Below, piece by piece: positions 39,635 through 50,915 of a stretch of 64,000 nt of DNA (positions are counted from its first letter, which is position 1; every line of letters starts with the position of its first letter). The translations under genes and the position numbers were made by a program. The stretch spans positions 11,553 through 75,552 of the forward strand of contig CBFIIU010000010.1 of NCBI GenBank assembly GCA_965662735.1, written 5' to 3'. This DNA comes from Alphaproteobacteria bacterium (GTDB lineage Bacteria; Pseudomonadota; Alphaproteobacteria; RS24). The notes beneath the pieces are model-generated. The model was given only the letters and a program-made list of their open reading frames with translations. It searched no databases and was not told where the DNA came from.

Positions 39635-40564
39635 ATGCTTAAGTTACGATTAGTGCCGGCTGAAACCGCAATAAAGTTTATTAAATATCGGTTTGTCGCA
39701 TTTTTATTCAGCCTGTCCTTGATTGTCGCCTCCGCTATCAGTCTGGCGACACAGGGGTTGAATTTTGGGATTGATTTTAAAGGCGGAACGCTGGTCGAGG
39801 CGAAACAAGAAAACGCCATTGATATTGGGAGCCTGCGTAGCCGATTGAACGGGTTGAAGCTCGGAGATGTTCAAATTCAAGAGTTTGGAAACCCACAAAC
39901 CGTTCTCATTCGAATTCCAGAGCAAGCCGGAGCCAGTGACACCAGCAATGATCTCTCTGCTGTAGAACAAATCCGTGGCGAGATCGAAGGTGAGTTTGAA
40001 ATTCGTCGGGTTGAGATTGTTGGTCCTCAAATCAGCGACGAGCTCATCGAGGCTGGCATTTTAGCTGTTGTTCTCGCGGTCGTGGCCATGTTGATTTATA
40101 TTTGGTTCCGGTTTGAATGGCAGTTCAGCCTGGGAGCGGTTCTTGCGCTGATCCACGATGTGATTGCCACATTGGGGATTTTTTCGATCCTTCAACTCGA
40201 GTTTAATATCTCTATTCTGGCGGCGATTTTGACGATTGTTGGGTATTCGATGAATGACACAGTTGTGGTTTATGATCGTGTGCGCGAAAATCTGAGGAAG
40301 TATAAGAAAATTCCTTTGGGTGACTTGCTCGACCAATCGGTGAACAACACTTTATCTCGAACTGTCATGACGTCCTTTACGACCCTAATTGCTTTATTCT
40401 CTCTGTACTTACTCGGGGGCGAGGTCATCGAAGGATTTACGTTTGCTATGATTTGGGGCGTGATTGTTGGAACCTATTCATCGATTTTTGTCGCGGCACC
40501 CATTTTGTTAATTTTCGGCGTGAAACGCGATTGGTCCGAGGTGAAAACAGCGGATGCAACTTGA
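39635..40564 (+). CDS. secF: protein translocase subunit SecF
   Basis: 309-aa ORF with GIDFKGGT and GYSMNDTVVVYDRVREN. Confidence 0.95.
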   Translation: MLKLRLVPAETAIKFIKYRFVAFLFSLSLIVASAISLATQGLNFGIDFKGGTLVEAKQENAIDIGSLRSRLNGLKLGDVQIQEFGNPQTVLIRIPEQAGASDTSNDLSAVEQIRGEIEGEFEIRRVEIVGPQISDELIEAGILAVVLAVVAMLIYIWFRFEWQFSLGAVLALIHDVIATLGIFSILQLEFNISILAAILTIVGYSMNDTVVVYDRVRENLRKYKKIPLGDLLDQSVNNTLSRTVMTSFTTLIALFSLYLLGGEVIEGFTFAMIWGVIVGTYSSIFVAAPILLIFGVKRDWSEVKTADAT

Positions 40565-40631
40565 TGCAGTCGCTGGAAACGTTAAACTCATTTGGTAAAT
40601 TGATTCGTTCCTGGAAAGGGGGAGGTAAGCA

Positions 40632-41234
40632 ATGGCTTCTATCTTAACGTCTTTGCGTAACACAGTGATTGCGGGTTTTATTCTCGCATTCTTACTGGAG
40701 CTTATGTATCTGAATAATGGCGGGGCATTTGATACAAATTTTTATGCCTTTTTGTTTCGGTGGCTTCACGTTCTCAGCGGCGTGATGTGGATTGGCCTGT
40801 TGTACTATTTCAACTTCGTGCAAATTCCCAACATGCCAAACATTCCTGATGAGCAAAAGCCTGCGATTAGCAAGGTGATTGCGCCAGCGGCACTGTTCTG
40901 GTTCCGGTGGGCAGCGCTTGCGACCATTGTGACAGGGCTCATTCTTGGATATCTCAATGGATATATTCACGATGCCATGAGCTTGGGCATGATGAATGAT
41001 TTCCAAGTTCCCAAGAACATCGCCATTGGTATAGGCATGTGGCTCGGCATTATTATGGGTTTCAATGTGTGGTTTGTCATTTGGCCAAACCAAAAACGCG
41101 CCCTGGGCCTTGTTGAAGCTGATGCGGAAACAAAAGCGGCATCGGCCCGCACGGCTATGTTGTTCTCACGGACCAACACCATGCTGTCGATCCCGATGCT
41201 GTTTGCCATGGTATCGGCACAAAATATTTATTAA
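40632..41234 (+). CDS. integral membrane protein resembling the membrane domain of urate hydroxylase PuuD (no cytochrome c domain)
   Basis: 200-aa ORF with about 5 TM segments. FRWLHVLSGVMWIGLLYYFNFVQ resembles the PF06181-type N-terminal domain as I recall it. GGGGGAGG lies upstream of the ATG. The family call is tentative. Confidence 0.4.
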   Translation: MASILTSLRNTVIAGFILAFLLELMYLNNGGAFDTNFYAFLFRWLHVLSGVMWIGLLYYFNFVQIPNMPNIPDEQKPAISKVIAPAALFWFRWAALATIVTGLILGYLNGYIHDAMSLGMMNDFQVPKNIAIGIGMWLGIIMGFNVWFVIWPNQKRALGLVEADAETKAASARTAMLFSRTNTMLSIPMLFAMVSAQNIY

Positions 41235-41254
41235 TGTTTAGTAAGATTGTATTG

Positions 41255-41282
41255 AAAAGGGCCGCTCTGCGGCCCTTTTTTA
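41255..41282 (+). terminator. rho-independent terminator (potentially bidirectional)
   Basis: aaaaGGGCCGCtctGCGGCCCttttttat: a perfect 7-bp GC stem (41259-41265 / 41269-41275), 3-nt loop, T6 tail, and an A4 run on the 5' side. Confidence 0.7.
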
Positions 41283-41294
41283 TGGTGGTTTCTG

Positions 41295-41876
41295 TTGGAT
41301 CTATTTGATCTCGATACTGATCTCAAACACTGGGATCGCGGCTTATACCGGATGACGCTGTTCGTGCCGGACCGTAAGCGACCGGCATATGTCGCGGTGC
41401 TCCACTTATTTACGAGTTTAATTCGAATTGTTGAAAACCCGCATGAGCCGTTACTCGTCCCCATTCGTCTTCAGTGGTGGCGAGATTGGCTAACCGATAT
41501 TTATCATCAACCCCAGGGAGGGCATGGATTACCCCAGGAGCCAATTTTCACCGCATCGGTTGATTTTACCTTGCTCGATCAGCTGGTCGAGCGCTTTGTT
41601 GATGGCTGGGAATTTCAAGAGTTTAGCGGGGCCGGAGCGGCGCTGTTTCATCTGATTGAACAGCTGGATGGGACAGACCCATCATCTCCTGATCAGCTCA
41701 CCTCATGGAGCGGCGCATGGATGCACCGTCGTTATGCGCTTGCAACGGCTGCCAATGGTGAACGGGGCGGCAGTCCCATGTCTAAATCGGTGGCCTTGCT
41801 TCACTGTCTGGGGCCGCGCCAGCACAGTGGCTTAGCGGAGATGATCCGTTTGGTGCGATGTTCTATCTGGCACTAA
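41295..41876 (+). CDS. squalene/phytoene synthase family-like protein (short)
   Basis: 193-aa ORF with [16 protein letters not shown]...[11 protein letters not shown], reminiscent of the alphaproteobacterial phytoene-synthase-like family found after secF. TTG start is only 13 nt after the terminator T-tract; ATG 41355 is an alternative. Confidence 0.5.
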   Translation: MDLFDLDTDLKHWDRGLYRMTLFVPDRKRPAYVAVLHLFTSLIRIVENPHEPLLVPIRLQWWRDWLTDIYHQPQGGHGLPQEPIFTASVDFTLLDQLVERFVDGWEFQEFSGAGAALFHLIEQLDGTDPSSPDQLTSWSGAWMHRRYALATAANGERGGSPMSKSVALLHCLGPRQHSGLAEMIRLVRCSIWH

Positions 41877-43266
41877 TTGCGTTCAACCATGTTTCGAATT
41901 CGGCCTGCGCGCGCCGCGTATAGGCCCGCTGACGATTTTCCTTACGCATCTGGGCGCGTCGCATATTCGGGCGGGAGGGGGCTGTTTTCTCGATCTCATT
42001 TGCATGAAGTTCAGCCATGAGGCCGAAATTAATATTCATCGGTTGGAAACTATCTTGCTCTGCATTCACGGTAATGTGCGCAAGCAATGCCCCAAAGGCC
42101 GTATTACTCGGTGGACATTGAGGCTTTTGCTGCCGTATCTGCTGAATCGTAAAATGCGCGGCCAACCAACCAATGGCCGTACTTTCGACATAGCCCTCGA
42201 CCCCCGTAATTTGACCGGCAAACCGAATTTGGGGCCGGGCTTTCAAAGCGAGGTCGGGCGTAAGAAGGGAAGGGCTATTGAGGAACGTGTTTCGGTGCAG
42301 GCCGCCCAAGCGCGCAAACCGCGCCTCCTCAAGGCCAGGAATGAGACGAAAGACATCCGCCTGAGCGCCATATTTCAGCTTGGTTTGGAAACCGACCAAA
42401 TTATATAAGGTTCCCAACTTGTTATCCTGACGAAGTTGAACCACTGCATAAGGTTTGATATCCGGTTGGTGCGCATTGGTAAGGCCCCGCGGCTTCATCG
42501 GCCCATGGCGCAATGTTTCCCGACCGCGCGCTGCCATCACCTCAATAGGTAAGCATCCGTTAAAATAGGGCGTATCTTCCTCCCACGCTTTGAAAGCGGA
42601 TTGCTCGCCTTGCAAGATGGCATCTACAAAACGGTTATATTGAGCCTCATCCATCGGGCAATTTATGTAATCTCGCCCGGTTCCGCCTGGGCCAACCTTG
42701 TCATAGCGCGATTGAAACCAACACACCGACATGTCCACACTATCGCGATAGACAATAGGCGCGATCGCGTCGAAAAAAGCGAGCCGGTCTGTGCCGGTTA
42801 ACGTGCCAATAAATTTGGATAGATCCGGCGAGGTGAGTGGCCCTGTGGCAATGATTGTGGGGATGCCATCGTCTGGGATCTCGCACACTTCTTGGCGGTG
42901 TAGGGTAATAAGAGGGTGGCTCTCAATGGCTTGCGTCACAGCTTGCGCAAACCCCTCGCGATCCACCGCCAGCGCATTGCCGGCCGGTAATTGGTTGGCG
43001 TCGGCGCAACGCATGATCAAAGAACAAACGGCGCGCAATTCATGATGCAGTAGACCAACCGCATTGGTTTCGGCGTCATCGGATCGGAAAGAGTTGGAGC
43101 AGACGAGCTCGGCCAGCTGATCTGTGACATGCGCGTCGGTTGCCCGCACGGGCCGCATTTCATATAAATCAACCGCTATTCCCGCCTGAGCGGCTTGATA
43201 GGCCGCTTCAGAGCCTGCTAAGCCCCCGCCTATAATACGGATTTTCGATGCGTTCTGGTCTGACAT
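41863..43266 (-). CDS. trmFO: methylenetetrahydrofolate--tRNA-(uracil-5-)-methyltransferase TrmFO
   Basis: 467-aa ORF with [26 protein letters not shown], and [14 protein letters not shown]. Confidence 0.9.
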   Translation of the reverse strand: MSDQNASKIRIIGGGLAGSEAAYQAAQAGIAVDLYEMRPVRATDAHVTDQLAELVCSNSFRSDDAETNAVGLLHHELRAVCSLIMRCADANQLPAGNALAVDREGFAQAVTQAIESHPLITLHRQEVCEIPDDGIPTIIATGPLTSPDLSKFIGTLTGTDRLAFFDAIAPIVYRDSVDMSVCWFQSRYDKVGPGGTGRDYINCPMDEAQYNRFVDAILQGEQSAFKAWEEDTPYFNGCLPIEVMAARGRETLRHGPMKPRGLTNAHQPDIKPYAVVQLRQDNKLGTLYNLVGFQTKLKYGAQADVFRLIPGLEEARFARLGGLHRNTFLNSPSLLTPDLALKARPQIRFAGQITGVEGYVESTAIGWLAAHFTIQQIRQQKPQCPPSNTAFGALLAHITVNAEQDSFQPMNINFGLMAELHANEIEKTAPSRPNMRRAQMRKENRQRAYTRRAQAEFETWLNAISAR

Positions 43267-43328
43267 AGGATTGTCTTATCAAGTGCGGGCTGTCGAGAAA
43301 AGCCTAATTACGTGCCTTGGGGGTGAGT

Positions 43329-46300
43329 TTATTTTTTAGAAGCTTTTGCCTCCGATGTTTTAGCTGCTGTTTTGGCTGCTGCTTTGGATGGTGTTTTGGA
43401 TACTGCTTTCTTCTCAGATGTGCGGGGTTTCGCCGATTTGGCGGTTGCTTTCTGAGATTTCGTGGCAGCGGGCCCACGCGCTGTGTCCCGCGCAAGTAAC
43501 GGCCCGAGATAGTGACTGGTATAGCTGGCTGGAACCTGCGCAACATCTTCCGGCGTACCTATGGCAACTAATTGCCCCCCACCATCGCCACCCTCTGGAC
43601 CAATGTCGATAATCCAATCCGCCGTTTTGATGACTTCCAGATTATGCTCGATCACGGCAACCGTATTACCTTGATCGACTAATTCATGAAGGACTTCGAG
43701 CAGTTTGCGGACATCGTGAAAATGCAGGCCCGTGGTTGGCTCGTCCAAAATATATAGGGTTCGCCCAGTGGCTCGGCGGGATAACTCTTTGGCCAGTTTT
43801 ACACGTTGCGCCTCGCCGCCCGACAGGGTGGTGGCCTGCTGACCAATTTTGATATAGCCCAATCCGACACGTTGCAGAGTTTCCATTTTCTCACGAATTT
43901 GTGGCACAGCCTTGAAAAAACTGGCGCCTTCATCAACCGTCATGGCGAGCACATCGGCAATGCTTTTATCCTTGAACTGAATTTCAAGGGTTTCTCGATT
44001 ATATCGCTGCCCATGACAGGCGTCACATTGCACATAGACATCGGGCAGGAAATGCATCTCAATTTTGATTACACCATCGCCCTGACAAGCCTCACATCGC
44101 CCTCCTTTAACATTGAACGAGAAGCGTCCGGGCTTGTAGCCGCGGCTTCGAGCCTCGGGCAAGGCGGCAAACCATTCGCGAATGGGTGTAAAGGCGCCCG
44201 TATAGGTGGCGGGGTTTGAGCGCGGCGTGCGGCCAATGGGGGACTGATCAATATCAATAATCTTGTCAATAAACTCGGCCCCTTCAATCGAGTCATGGTC
44301 GGCGGGAACAATACGGGTATTGTGTAAACGTCGCGAAAGGGCGGCATAAACCGTATCCAAGAGAAAGGTTGATTTGCCACTCCCCGAAACACCCGTGACG
44401 CAGGTAAATGTTCCAAGTGGAATGTCGCAACTCACATTTTTAAGATTATTGCCTCGGGCATTGGCAATGCGAATGCGTCGCTTGGTTGACGGAGCGCGCC
44501 GTTCTGCGGGGATGGGAATTGACTGAGCCCCCGATAAATACTGGCCCGTTAAACTGTTCTTGTTTTTAACAATATCGCTAGGTGTGCCTTGTGCGATGAT
44601 CTCTCCGCCATGGATACCGGCGCCGGGGCCGACATCAACAACATGGTCAGCCGCCATAATGGCATCTTCGTCATGTTCGACAACGATGACGGTATTTCCA
44701 AGATCGCGTAAATGGGTCAGGGTTTCGAGCAATCTCGCATTGTCACGCTGATGCAGACCGATGGACGGCTCATCGAGCACGTATAATACACCGGTTAGAC
44801 CGGAGCCAATTTGTGAGGCGAGGCGAATACGCTGGCTTTCTCCTCCGGATAAGGTGCCGGCATTGCGAGACAGGCTCAAATAATCAAGCCCAACATCATT
44901 GAGAAAGCGCAAGCGCTCATGAATTTCACGTAAGATCCGAGCCGCAATGTCTCTTTGTTTGGCTGTTAATTTTTTCTCCAGAGCAGAGAACCATTGTGCC
45001 GCTTCTTTGATCGATTTTTGCACAAGCTCACTAATATGGAGGCCGTCAATTTTAACGGCAAGCGCCTCAGGTTTTAGGCGATAGCCCGAACACACTTCGC
45101 ATTCAGTAATGGACTGATATTTCTCGATTTCCTCACGCGCCCAGTTGCTCTCGGTCTCCCGATAACGGCGCTCAAGATTGGGGATGACGCCCTCAAAGGG
45201 CTTGCGGGTTGTAAAACTCCGCATGCCATCATCATAGGTAATTTTAATCTCAACCGAGCCACTGCCATAGAGAAGGATCTGGCGATCCTCATCTGATAAT
45301 TCATGCCACGGGGCACTCATCGAAAAGCCAAAATGGCGCGACAAACTATCTAAGGTTTGCGTGTAGAAAGGCGAGGGGCTTCGCGACCAGGGGGCGATCG
45401 CTCCTTGACGCAGGGAGAGGCCAGGGTCTGGAACAATTGCAGCGGGGTCGATAAAGAATTGTGTTCCCAGCCCATCACAAGTGGGGCACGCGCCGAATGG
45501 ATTATTAAAAGAAAACAGGCGTGGCTCAATTTCGTCAATCGTGAAACCCGAAACGGGGCAGGCAAATCGCGCCGAGAAAACCAACCGCTCGTCAGGCTGA
45601 TCGGCAAATTCAAGCACAGCGATGCCATCGGTCAGTTGAAGGGCTGTTTCGAGACTATCGGCCAGCCGATTACCCATCTCGGGCTGGATCACAATTCGGT
45701 CAACAACCACATCAATATCATGCTTGATCTTCTTATCGAGCGCCGGAACGGCATCGATCTCGTAAAATGCGCCATCCACTTTAACCCGTTGAAAACCACG
45801 CTTCTGGAGTTCTTGAAAATCGCGCCGATACTCGCCTTTGCGTCCGCGAATGATGGGGGCCAATAAATAGGCGCGCGTCGAGGGCTCTAGGCTTTGAATG
45901 CGATCGACCATTTGGGTGACGGTCTGGCTCTCAATCGGCAAGCCAGTGGCTGGCGAATAGGGGATACCGATCCGAGCGTATAACAGGCGCAAATAGTCAT
46001 AAATTTCAGTGACAGTCCCCACGGTTGAGCGTGGATTTTTTGAGGTTGTCTTTTGCTCAATGGAAATGGCTGGCGACAATCCATCGATTTGGTCGACATC
46101 GGGTTTTTGCATCAACTCGAGAAACTGCCGTGCATAGGCCGATAGGCTCTCAACATAGCGCCGTTGGCCTTCGGCATAGATGGTGTCAAAAGCAAGCGAG
46201 CTTTTACCAGAGCCCGACAAGCCTGTGATGACGATAAGCTGATCGCGCGGCAGGCTGAGAGACACATTCTTCAAATTATGCTCTCGAGCGCCACTAATAA

Positions 46301-46352
46301 TAATGTTTTTAAGCTGCGACTTAGCGGCGAGAGCGGAGGTTTTCTGGGGCAT
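43329..46352 (-). CDS. uvrA: excinuclease ABC subunit UvrA with Lys/Ala-rich C-terminal extension
   Basis: 1007-aa ORF with two ABC modules (GLSGSGKSS / [12 protein letters not shown]; GVSGSGKST / [12 protein letters not shown]) and zinc-module cysteines ([16 protein letters not shown]). The last 54 aa are [54 protein letters not shown]. Confidence 0.95.
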   Translation of the reverse strand: MPQKTSALAAKSQLKNIIISGAREHNLKNVSLSLPRDQLIVITGLSGSGKSSLAFDTIYAEGQRRYVESLSAYARQFLELMQKPDVDQIDGLSPAISIEQKTTSKNPRSTVGTVTEIYDYLRLLYARIGIPYSPATGLPIESQTVTQMVDRIQSLEPSTRAYLLAPIIRGRKGEYRRDFQELQKRGFQRVKVDGAFYEIDAVPALDKKIKHDIDVVVDRIVIQPEMGNRLADSLETALQLTDGIAVLEFADQPDERLVFSARFACPVSGFTIDEIEPRLFSFNNPFGACPTCDGLGTQFFIDPAAIVPDPGLSLRQGAIAPWSRSPSPFYTQTLDSLSRHFGFSMSAPWHELSDEDRQILLYGSGSVEIKITYDDGMRSFTTRKPFEGVIPNLERRYRETESNWAREEIEKYQSITECEVCSGYRLKPEALAVKIDGLHISELVQKSIKEAAQWFSALEKKLTAKQRDIAARILREIHERLRFLNDVGLDYLSLSRNAGTLSGGESQRIRLASQIGSGLTGVLYVLDEPSIGLHQRDNARLLETLTHLRDLGNTVIVVEHDEDAIMAADHVVDVGPGAGIHGGEIIAQGTPSDIVKNKNSLTGQYLSGAQSIPIPAERRAPSTKRRIRIANARGNNLKNVSCDIPLGTFTCVTGVSGSGKSTFLLDTVYAALSRRLHNTRIVPADHDSIEGAEFIDKIIDIDQSPIGRTPRSNPATYTGAFTPIREWFAALPEARSRGYKPGRFSFNVKGGRCEACQGDGVIKIEMHFLPDVYVQCDACHGQRYNRETLEIQFKDKSIADVLAMTVDEGASFFKAVPQIREKMETLQRVGLGYIKIGQQATTLSGGEAQRVKLAKELSRRATGRTLYILDEPTTGLHFHDVRKLLEVLHELVDQGNTVAVIEHNLEVIKTADWIIDIGPEGGDGGGQLVAIGTPEDVAQVPASYTSHYLGPLLARDTARGPAATKSQKATAKSAKPRTSEKKAVSKTPSKAAAKTAAKTSEAKASKK

Positions 46353-46422
46353 GATGATTAATAAGAGCTCGTTTCGGGATGGAGGGCCTTAAAATGAGGG
46401 TGCAAATGCTTGCCGTATATGA

Positions 46423-46437
46423 GAACATATCGTAAAC
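46423..46437. promoter_or_regulatory. candidate LexA (SOS) operator of the alphaproteobacterial direct-repeat type
   Basis: GAACatatcgtAAAC has one mismatch to GAAC-N7-GAAC (GTTC-N7-GTTC on the other strand). It lies 71 nt upstream of uvrA and 99 nt upstream of ssb, in their divergent spacer. Confidence 0.35.
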
Positions 46438-46535
46438 ATCTACTTTGTCCACAAATAAGCATGTTTTCGGCACTGCCGAGCATGGGATGGGCCTGCCGGC
46501 TCGGGTAGAGTGTGGATCTAGCAAGGAGACGAATC

Positions 46536-46991
46536 ATGGCGGGAAGCGTGAATAAAGTAATTTTGATTGGCAATTTAGGAGCCGATCCAGATGTAAGAAG
46601 CACAAAGGATGGACGCCCCGTGGTGAATTTGAGTGTCGCGACCAGTGAAACTTGGCGTGATCGGGGGTCAGGCGAGCGTCGCGAGAAAACCGAATGGCAC
46701 CGCGTCGTCATCTTCTCAGAAGGGCTGTGCAAGATCGCCGAGCAGTATCTGAAGAAGGGATCCAAAGTCTATTTGGAAGGCCAGTTGCAGACCCGTAAAT
46801 GGCAAGATGAAAATGGGAATGATCGCTATACGACAGAGGTTGTGTTGCAAAATTATGGTGGCACCTTAACCATGCTGGATACCCGTAATGCGGCGGGCGG
46901 TGACAGCTTTCAGCCCGCCATGTCCGGCGGCGGCGAGGCCATTGGCGGGTTTAACGACGCTGGGCCAATCGATGACGATATTCCTTTTTAA
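46536..46991 (+). CDS. ssb: single-stranded DNA-binding protein
   Basis: The track ORF starts at GTG 46512. ATG 46536 follows AGGAGA, giving [21 protein letters not shown], with TEWHRVV and the acidic tip DDDIPF. Confidence 0.9.
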   Translation: MAGSVNKVILIGNLGADPDVRSTKDGRPVVNLSVATSETWRDRGSGERREKTEWHRVVIFSEGLCKIAEQYLKKGSKVYLEGQLQTRKWQDENGNDRYTTEVVLQNYGGTLTMLDTRNAAGGDSFQPAMSGGGEAIGGFNDAGPIDDDIPF

Positions 46992-47112
46992 GCCATTGAT
47001 TTATCTGAATTAAAAGAAAATTTTTTTGGGAAAAATCAGGTGGTTTTGGTTGCGACTCATGGCCCAAACGCCTATGATCTTTCATGTATTTTTTACTCAA
47101 AAAGGATAGTCT

Positions 47113-49863
47113 GTGAGCGATCCGTCTGACGAGAAGGAGCCGATATCGGCCGCTTTACCGCCTGAGGGCGGCAGCGGTGAACGCGATGTTCATCCGATCT
47201 TGCTCGAAGACGAGATGCGCAGCTCTTATCTCGATTATGCGATGAGCGTCATCGTTAGTCGCGCCTTGCCAGATGTGCGCGATGGGCTAAAGCCGGTGCA
47301 TCGGCGCATTCTCTTCTCTATGCACGAAAATGGCTATGAGTTTAATAAGCCATACCGTAAATCGGCACGGGTTGTCGGTGATGTGATCGGTAAATATCAC
47401 CCGCATGGGGATCAATCGATTTATGATGCTTTGGTCCGAATGGCCCAGGAATTCTCGATGCGTCTGCCGCTCTTGGATGGGCAGGGCAATTTTGGCTCCA
47501 TCGATGGTGATCCTCCGGCGGCCATGCGGTATACGGAAGTGCGTATGGCGCGTCCGGCGCAGTTTTTGCTGGAAGACATCGATAAGAAAACTGTCGATTT
47601 TCAAGATAATTACGATAATTCGGAGCGCGAGCCGACGGTCTTACCCGCGCGCTTCCCAAATCTTTTGGTGAATGGCGGCAACGGGATCGCCGTGGGCATG
47701 GCGACAAATGTGCCGCCCCATAATCTCGGCGAGATTATCGATGCCAGTTTAGCCTTGATCGATGATCCTGATTTAACGGATGAGGCTTTGCTGGAGATCG
47801 TGCCTGGCCCCGATTTTCCGACGGGTGCCTTTATTCTCGGTCGGTCGGGCCCGCGCAGTGCGGTTCTGACGGGACGCGGGTCCATTGTCATGCGCGGCCG
47901 GGCAAGCGTTGAGACTATTCGTAAAGACCGTGAAGCGGTGATCATTACAGAAATTCCCTATCAAGTGAATAAAACCTCGATGATCGAACGCATCGCCGAT
48001 CTTGTGCGGGACAAAACCATTGAAGGCATTAGCGATATTCGCGACGAGTCCGATCGCGACGGCATGCGCATTGTGATTGAGCTCAAAAGAGATGCGGTAA
48101 GCGATGTGGTTTTGAACCAGCTTTATCGCTATTCCCAATTACAAACGAGTTTCGGGGCTAACATGTTAGCCCTGAAATCCGGGCGCCCCTTGCTCATGAA
48201 TGTGCGCGAAATGCTGAAAGCATTTCTCGAGTTCCGTGAGGAAGTGGTTACACGGCGCTGTAAGTTTGAGCTGAATAAAGCGCGCGACCGCGCTCATGTG
48301 TTGGTGGGTCTTGCTATTGCGGTGGCCAATATTGATGACGTGATTGCCATGATCCGCTCGGCGCCAAGCCCGCAAGTTGCACGTGAGAACTTAATGGGGC
48401 GTGAATGGCCCGCGGCTGATGTGGCTGATCTCATTAGGCTCATTGATGATCCGTTGCATCGCATTACTGATACTGGCTTCTATCGCCTGAGCGAGGCGCA
48501 GGCACGGGCAATCCTCGAGCTTCGCTTGCAGCGTTTGACGGCAATGGGGCGCGATGAAATTGGCGGTGAGTTAGCGTCACTGGGCGCGCAGATCACCGAC
48601 CTTTTGGATATTCTGCGCAGCCGAGTTCGGTTGCTTGACATTATCCGCACGGAGCTGACCGAAGTGCGCGACGCATTTGCGACGCCTAGACGATCCGAAA
48701 TTTTAGAAGATGATGGCGAGATGGATGACGAGTCGCTGATCCCGTCTGAGGATATGGTGGTCACCTTAAGCCATTCCGGTTACATCAAACGCGTTCCCTT
48801 ATCGACCTATCGTGCGCAAAAACGGGGCGGCAAAGGTCGCTCGGGCATGTCGACCAAAGACGAGGATTTCGTCTCTCGCTTGTTTGTCGCCAATACGCAT
48901 CAACCCATTCTTTTCTTCTCGACCACAGGAATGGTCTACAAAATGAAGGTCTATCGCTTGCCGGTTGGTAATCCGCAAGCGCGCGGCAAAGCACTTGTCA
49001 ATTTGTTACCCTTATCAGAAGGCGAGACCATTGCCGCAGTGATGGCGTTGCCAAGTGACGAGAGCAGTTGGGGCGATTTACATGTGATGTTTGCCACCAG
49101 CCATGGCAATGTTCGACGCAATGATCTCTCTGATTTCGTACAAATTAATCGTAATGGCAAAATTGCGATGAAACCTGAGGGCGATGAGCTCATTGTCGGC
49201 GTTGAAATCTGTACGGAAAACGACGATGTGTTGCTCACGGCTGCTAATGGCCAATGTATCCGCTTTCCGGTCACTGATGTGCGCGTTTTCCGAAGCCGAA
49301 ACTCGACTGGCGTGCGCGGCATTCGCCTTGCCGACAATACCAACGTTATTTCCATGGCCATCTTGCGCCACAGCGATGCAACCGCCCCCGAGCGGAACAG
49401 CTATCTGAAACAAGCAAGTGCCATCCGTCGCGCCAGCGGCGAGGAAATTGGTGAGGGCGTAAGCATTGACGACGCTGAAGAAGAAGTCAGCGAAGCGTCG
49501 CTCAGCCCAGAGCGCTATGCGGAACTTGGCGCGCGCGAGCAATTCATTTTAACCGTCAGTGAAAATGGTTATGGCAAACGCTCCTCAAGCTATGAGTATC
49601 GGGTTTCTGGCCGCGGCGGTAAGGGCATTATCGCGATGACCGTCACGGAAAGAAATGGCGCCTTGATTGCTGCCTTGCCTGTTGAGGATAATGACCAGCT
49701 CATGTTGGTGACCAATGACGGCACACTTATTCGCACTCCGGTTGAGGATGTTCGGGTTGCGGGTCGCAACACGCAAGGCGTGACGATTTTCAAAACCGGA
49801 GATGACGCACAAGTGGTTTCCGTGGTACGCATTGGGGAAACCGGCGATGAGGAAGAGGCCTAA
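47113..49863 (+). CDS. gyrA: DNA gyrase subunit A
   Basis: 916-aa ORF with [11 protein letters not shown], the active-site Tyr region [10 protein letters not shown], a C-terminal beta-pinwheel and an acidic tail. GTG start. Confidence 0.95.
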   Translation: MSDPSDEKEPISAALPPEGGSGERDVHPILLEDEMRSSYLDYAMSVIVSRALPDVRDGLKPVHRRILFSMHENGYEFNKPYRKSARVVGDVIGKYHPHGDQSIYDALVRMAQEFSMRLPLLDGQGNFGSIDGDPPAAMRYTEVRMARPAQFLLEDIDKKTVDFQDNYDNSEREPTVLPARFPNLLVNGGNGIAVGMATNVPPHNLGEIIDASLALIDDPDLTDEALLEIVPGPDFPTGAFILGRSGPRSAVLTGRGSIVMRGRASVETIRKDREAVIITEIPYQVNKTSMIERIADLVRDKTIEGISDIRDESDRDGMRIVIELKRDAVSDVVLNQLYRYSQLQTSFGANMLALKSGRPLLMNVREMLKAFLEFREEVVTRRCKFELNKARDRAHVLVGLAIAVANIDDVIAMIRSAPSPQVARENLMGREWPAADVADLIRLIDDPLHRITDTGFYRLSEAQARAILELRLQRLTAMGRDEIGGELASLGAQITDLLDILRSRVRLLDIIRTELTEVRDAFATPRRSEILEDDGEMDDESLIPSEDMVVTLSHSGYIKRVPLSTYRAQKRGGKGRSGMSTKDEDFVSRLFVANTHQPILFFSTTGMVYKMKVYRLPVGNPQARGKALVNLLPLSEGETIAAVMALPSDESSWGDLHVMFATSHGNVRRNDLSDFVQINRNGKIAMKPEGDELIVGVEICTENDDVLLTAANGQCIRFPVTDVRVFRSRNSTGVRGIRLADNTNVISMAILRHSDATAPERNSYLKQASAIRRASGEEIGEGVSIDDAEEEVSEASLSPERYAELGAREQFILTVSENGYGKRSSSYEYRVSGRGGKGIIAMTVTERNGALIAALPVEDNDQLMLVTNDGTLIRTPVEDVRVAGRNTQGVTIFKTGDDAQVVSVVRIGETGDEEEA

Positions 49864-50351
49864 TGCGAATTGGTTTTTATGCAGGAAGTTTTGACCCGCT
49901 GACGAAAGGGCACGAAGATATCATTCTGCGTAGCTTAAAGCTCGTCGATCAAATGGTGATTGGCATTGGGGTGAGCGCTAGTAAAAAGCCCCTTTTTTCC
50001 GTGACTGAGCGCCAAGAGATTATTCATGACGCCATTGCTGCGCATGGCGCCGAGCTGGCTGAGCGAATTAATATCGTTGAATTTAACGGCCTGCTGGTCG
50101 ATGCGGCGCGCACCCATCAGGCGACACTGATTATTCGTGGTTTGCGGAGCGTGACGGATTATGACTATGAAGCGGAAATGACCGCGATGAATGCGGCCAT
50201 GGCGCCGGATGTTGAAACAGTGTTTTTAATGGCCAGTCCGGCCACGCGCTTTATCTCATCCACGCTGGTGCGGCAGATTGCGTCGATGAACGGGTCATTT
50301 TCCGACTTTGTTAGCGCATCGGTAGCTGATAGGCTACGCCAGAAATTTTAA
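49863..50351 (+). CDS. coaD: phosphopantetheine adenylyltransferase
   Basis: 162-aa ORF with YAGSFDPLTKGHEDI and ISSTLVRQI. TAATG overlap with the gyrA stop. Confidence 0.9.
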   Translation: MRIGFYAGSFDPLTKGHEDIILRSLKLVDQMVIGIGVSASKKPLFSVTERQEIIHDAIAAHGAELAERINIVEFNGLLVDAARTHQATLIIRGLRSVTDYDYEAEMTAMNAAMAPDVETVFLMASPATRFISSTLVRQIASMNGSFSDFVSASVADRLRQKF

Positions 50352-50364
50352 GATTAATGATACG

Positions 50365-50898
50365 GTGATGAATATGCGGCTTTTTAAACAATGTGTGATG
50401 GGCGTTCTGTTTCTTCTCTTTGCCTCTGTTGCGCAAGCCGATCAGGGAGGGAATATCATGCTGTTAGAACTCAAATCGGGAACTGTCAAAATTCAGTTGC
50501 GCGAAGACCTTGCCCCCAAACATGTGGAGCGCATTAAACAACTCATTAGTGAGAAATTTTATGATGGGATCGTTTTCCACCGGGTGATTGACGGCTTCAT
50601 GGCCCAAACCGGCGATCCAACCGGAACCGGAATGGGCGGGAGTGAATACCCCGACCTTCGGGCCGAGTTTTCTTCCGAGCCCTTTAAGCGTGGCACGTTG
50701 GGCATGGCGCGTTCTGGTCATCCCGATAGTGCAAATAGTCAATTCTTCATTTGCTTTGACGATGCGAGCTGGCTCAATGGTCAATACACAGTCTTTGGTC
50801 AAGTCATCGAGGGCATGGAATATGTCGATGCCATTCAACGTGGCGAACCGCCGGCTAATCCCGATAAAATCATCAGCATGCGGCTGGCGGACGAGTAA
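50365..50898 (+). CDS. periplasmic cyclophilin-type peptidyl-prolyl cis-trans isomerase
   Basis: Signal peptide (LFLLFASVAQA), FHRVIDGFMAQTGDP, NSQFFI. Start is ambiguous (GTG 50365 / ATG 50368 / ATG 50374). Confidence 0.85.
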   Translation: MMNMRLFKQCVMGVLFLLFASVAQADQGGNIMLLELKSGTVKIQLREDLAPKHVERIKQLISEKFYDGIVFHRVIDGFMAQTGDPTGTGMGGSEYPDLRAEFSSEPFKRGTLGMARSGHPDSANSQFFICFDDASWLNGQYTVFGQVIEGMEYVDAIQRGEPPANPDKIISMRLADE

Positions 50899-50915
50899 TC
50901 GTCCTCAGCCCAACA

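Noticed and set aside
46358-46765. 135-aa minus-strand ORF spanning the uvrA-ssb spacer and the 5' part of ssb.
   Set aside because: It overlaps ssb, which has a canonical sequence and acidic tip. It has no motif or SD and would leave no promoter space for uvrA.
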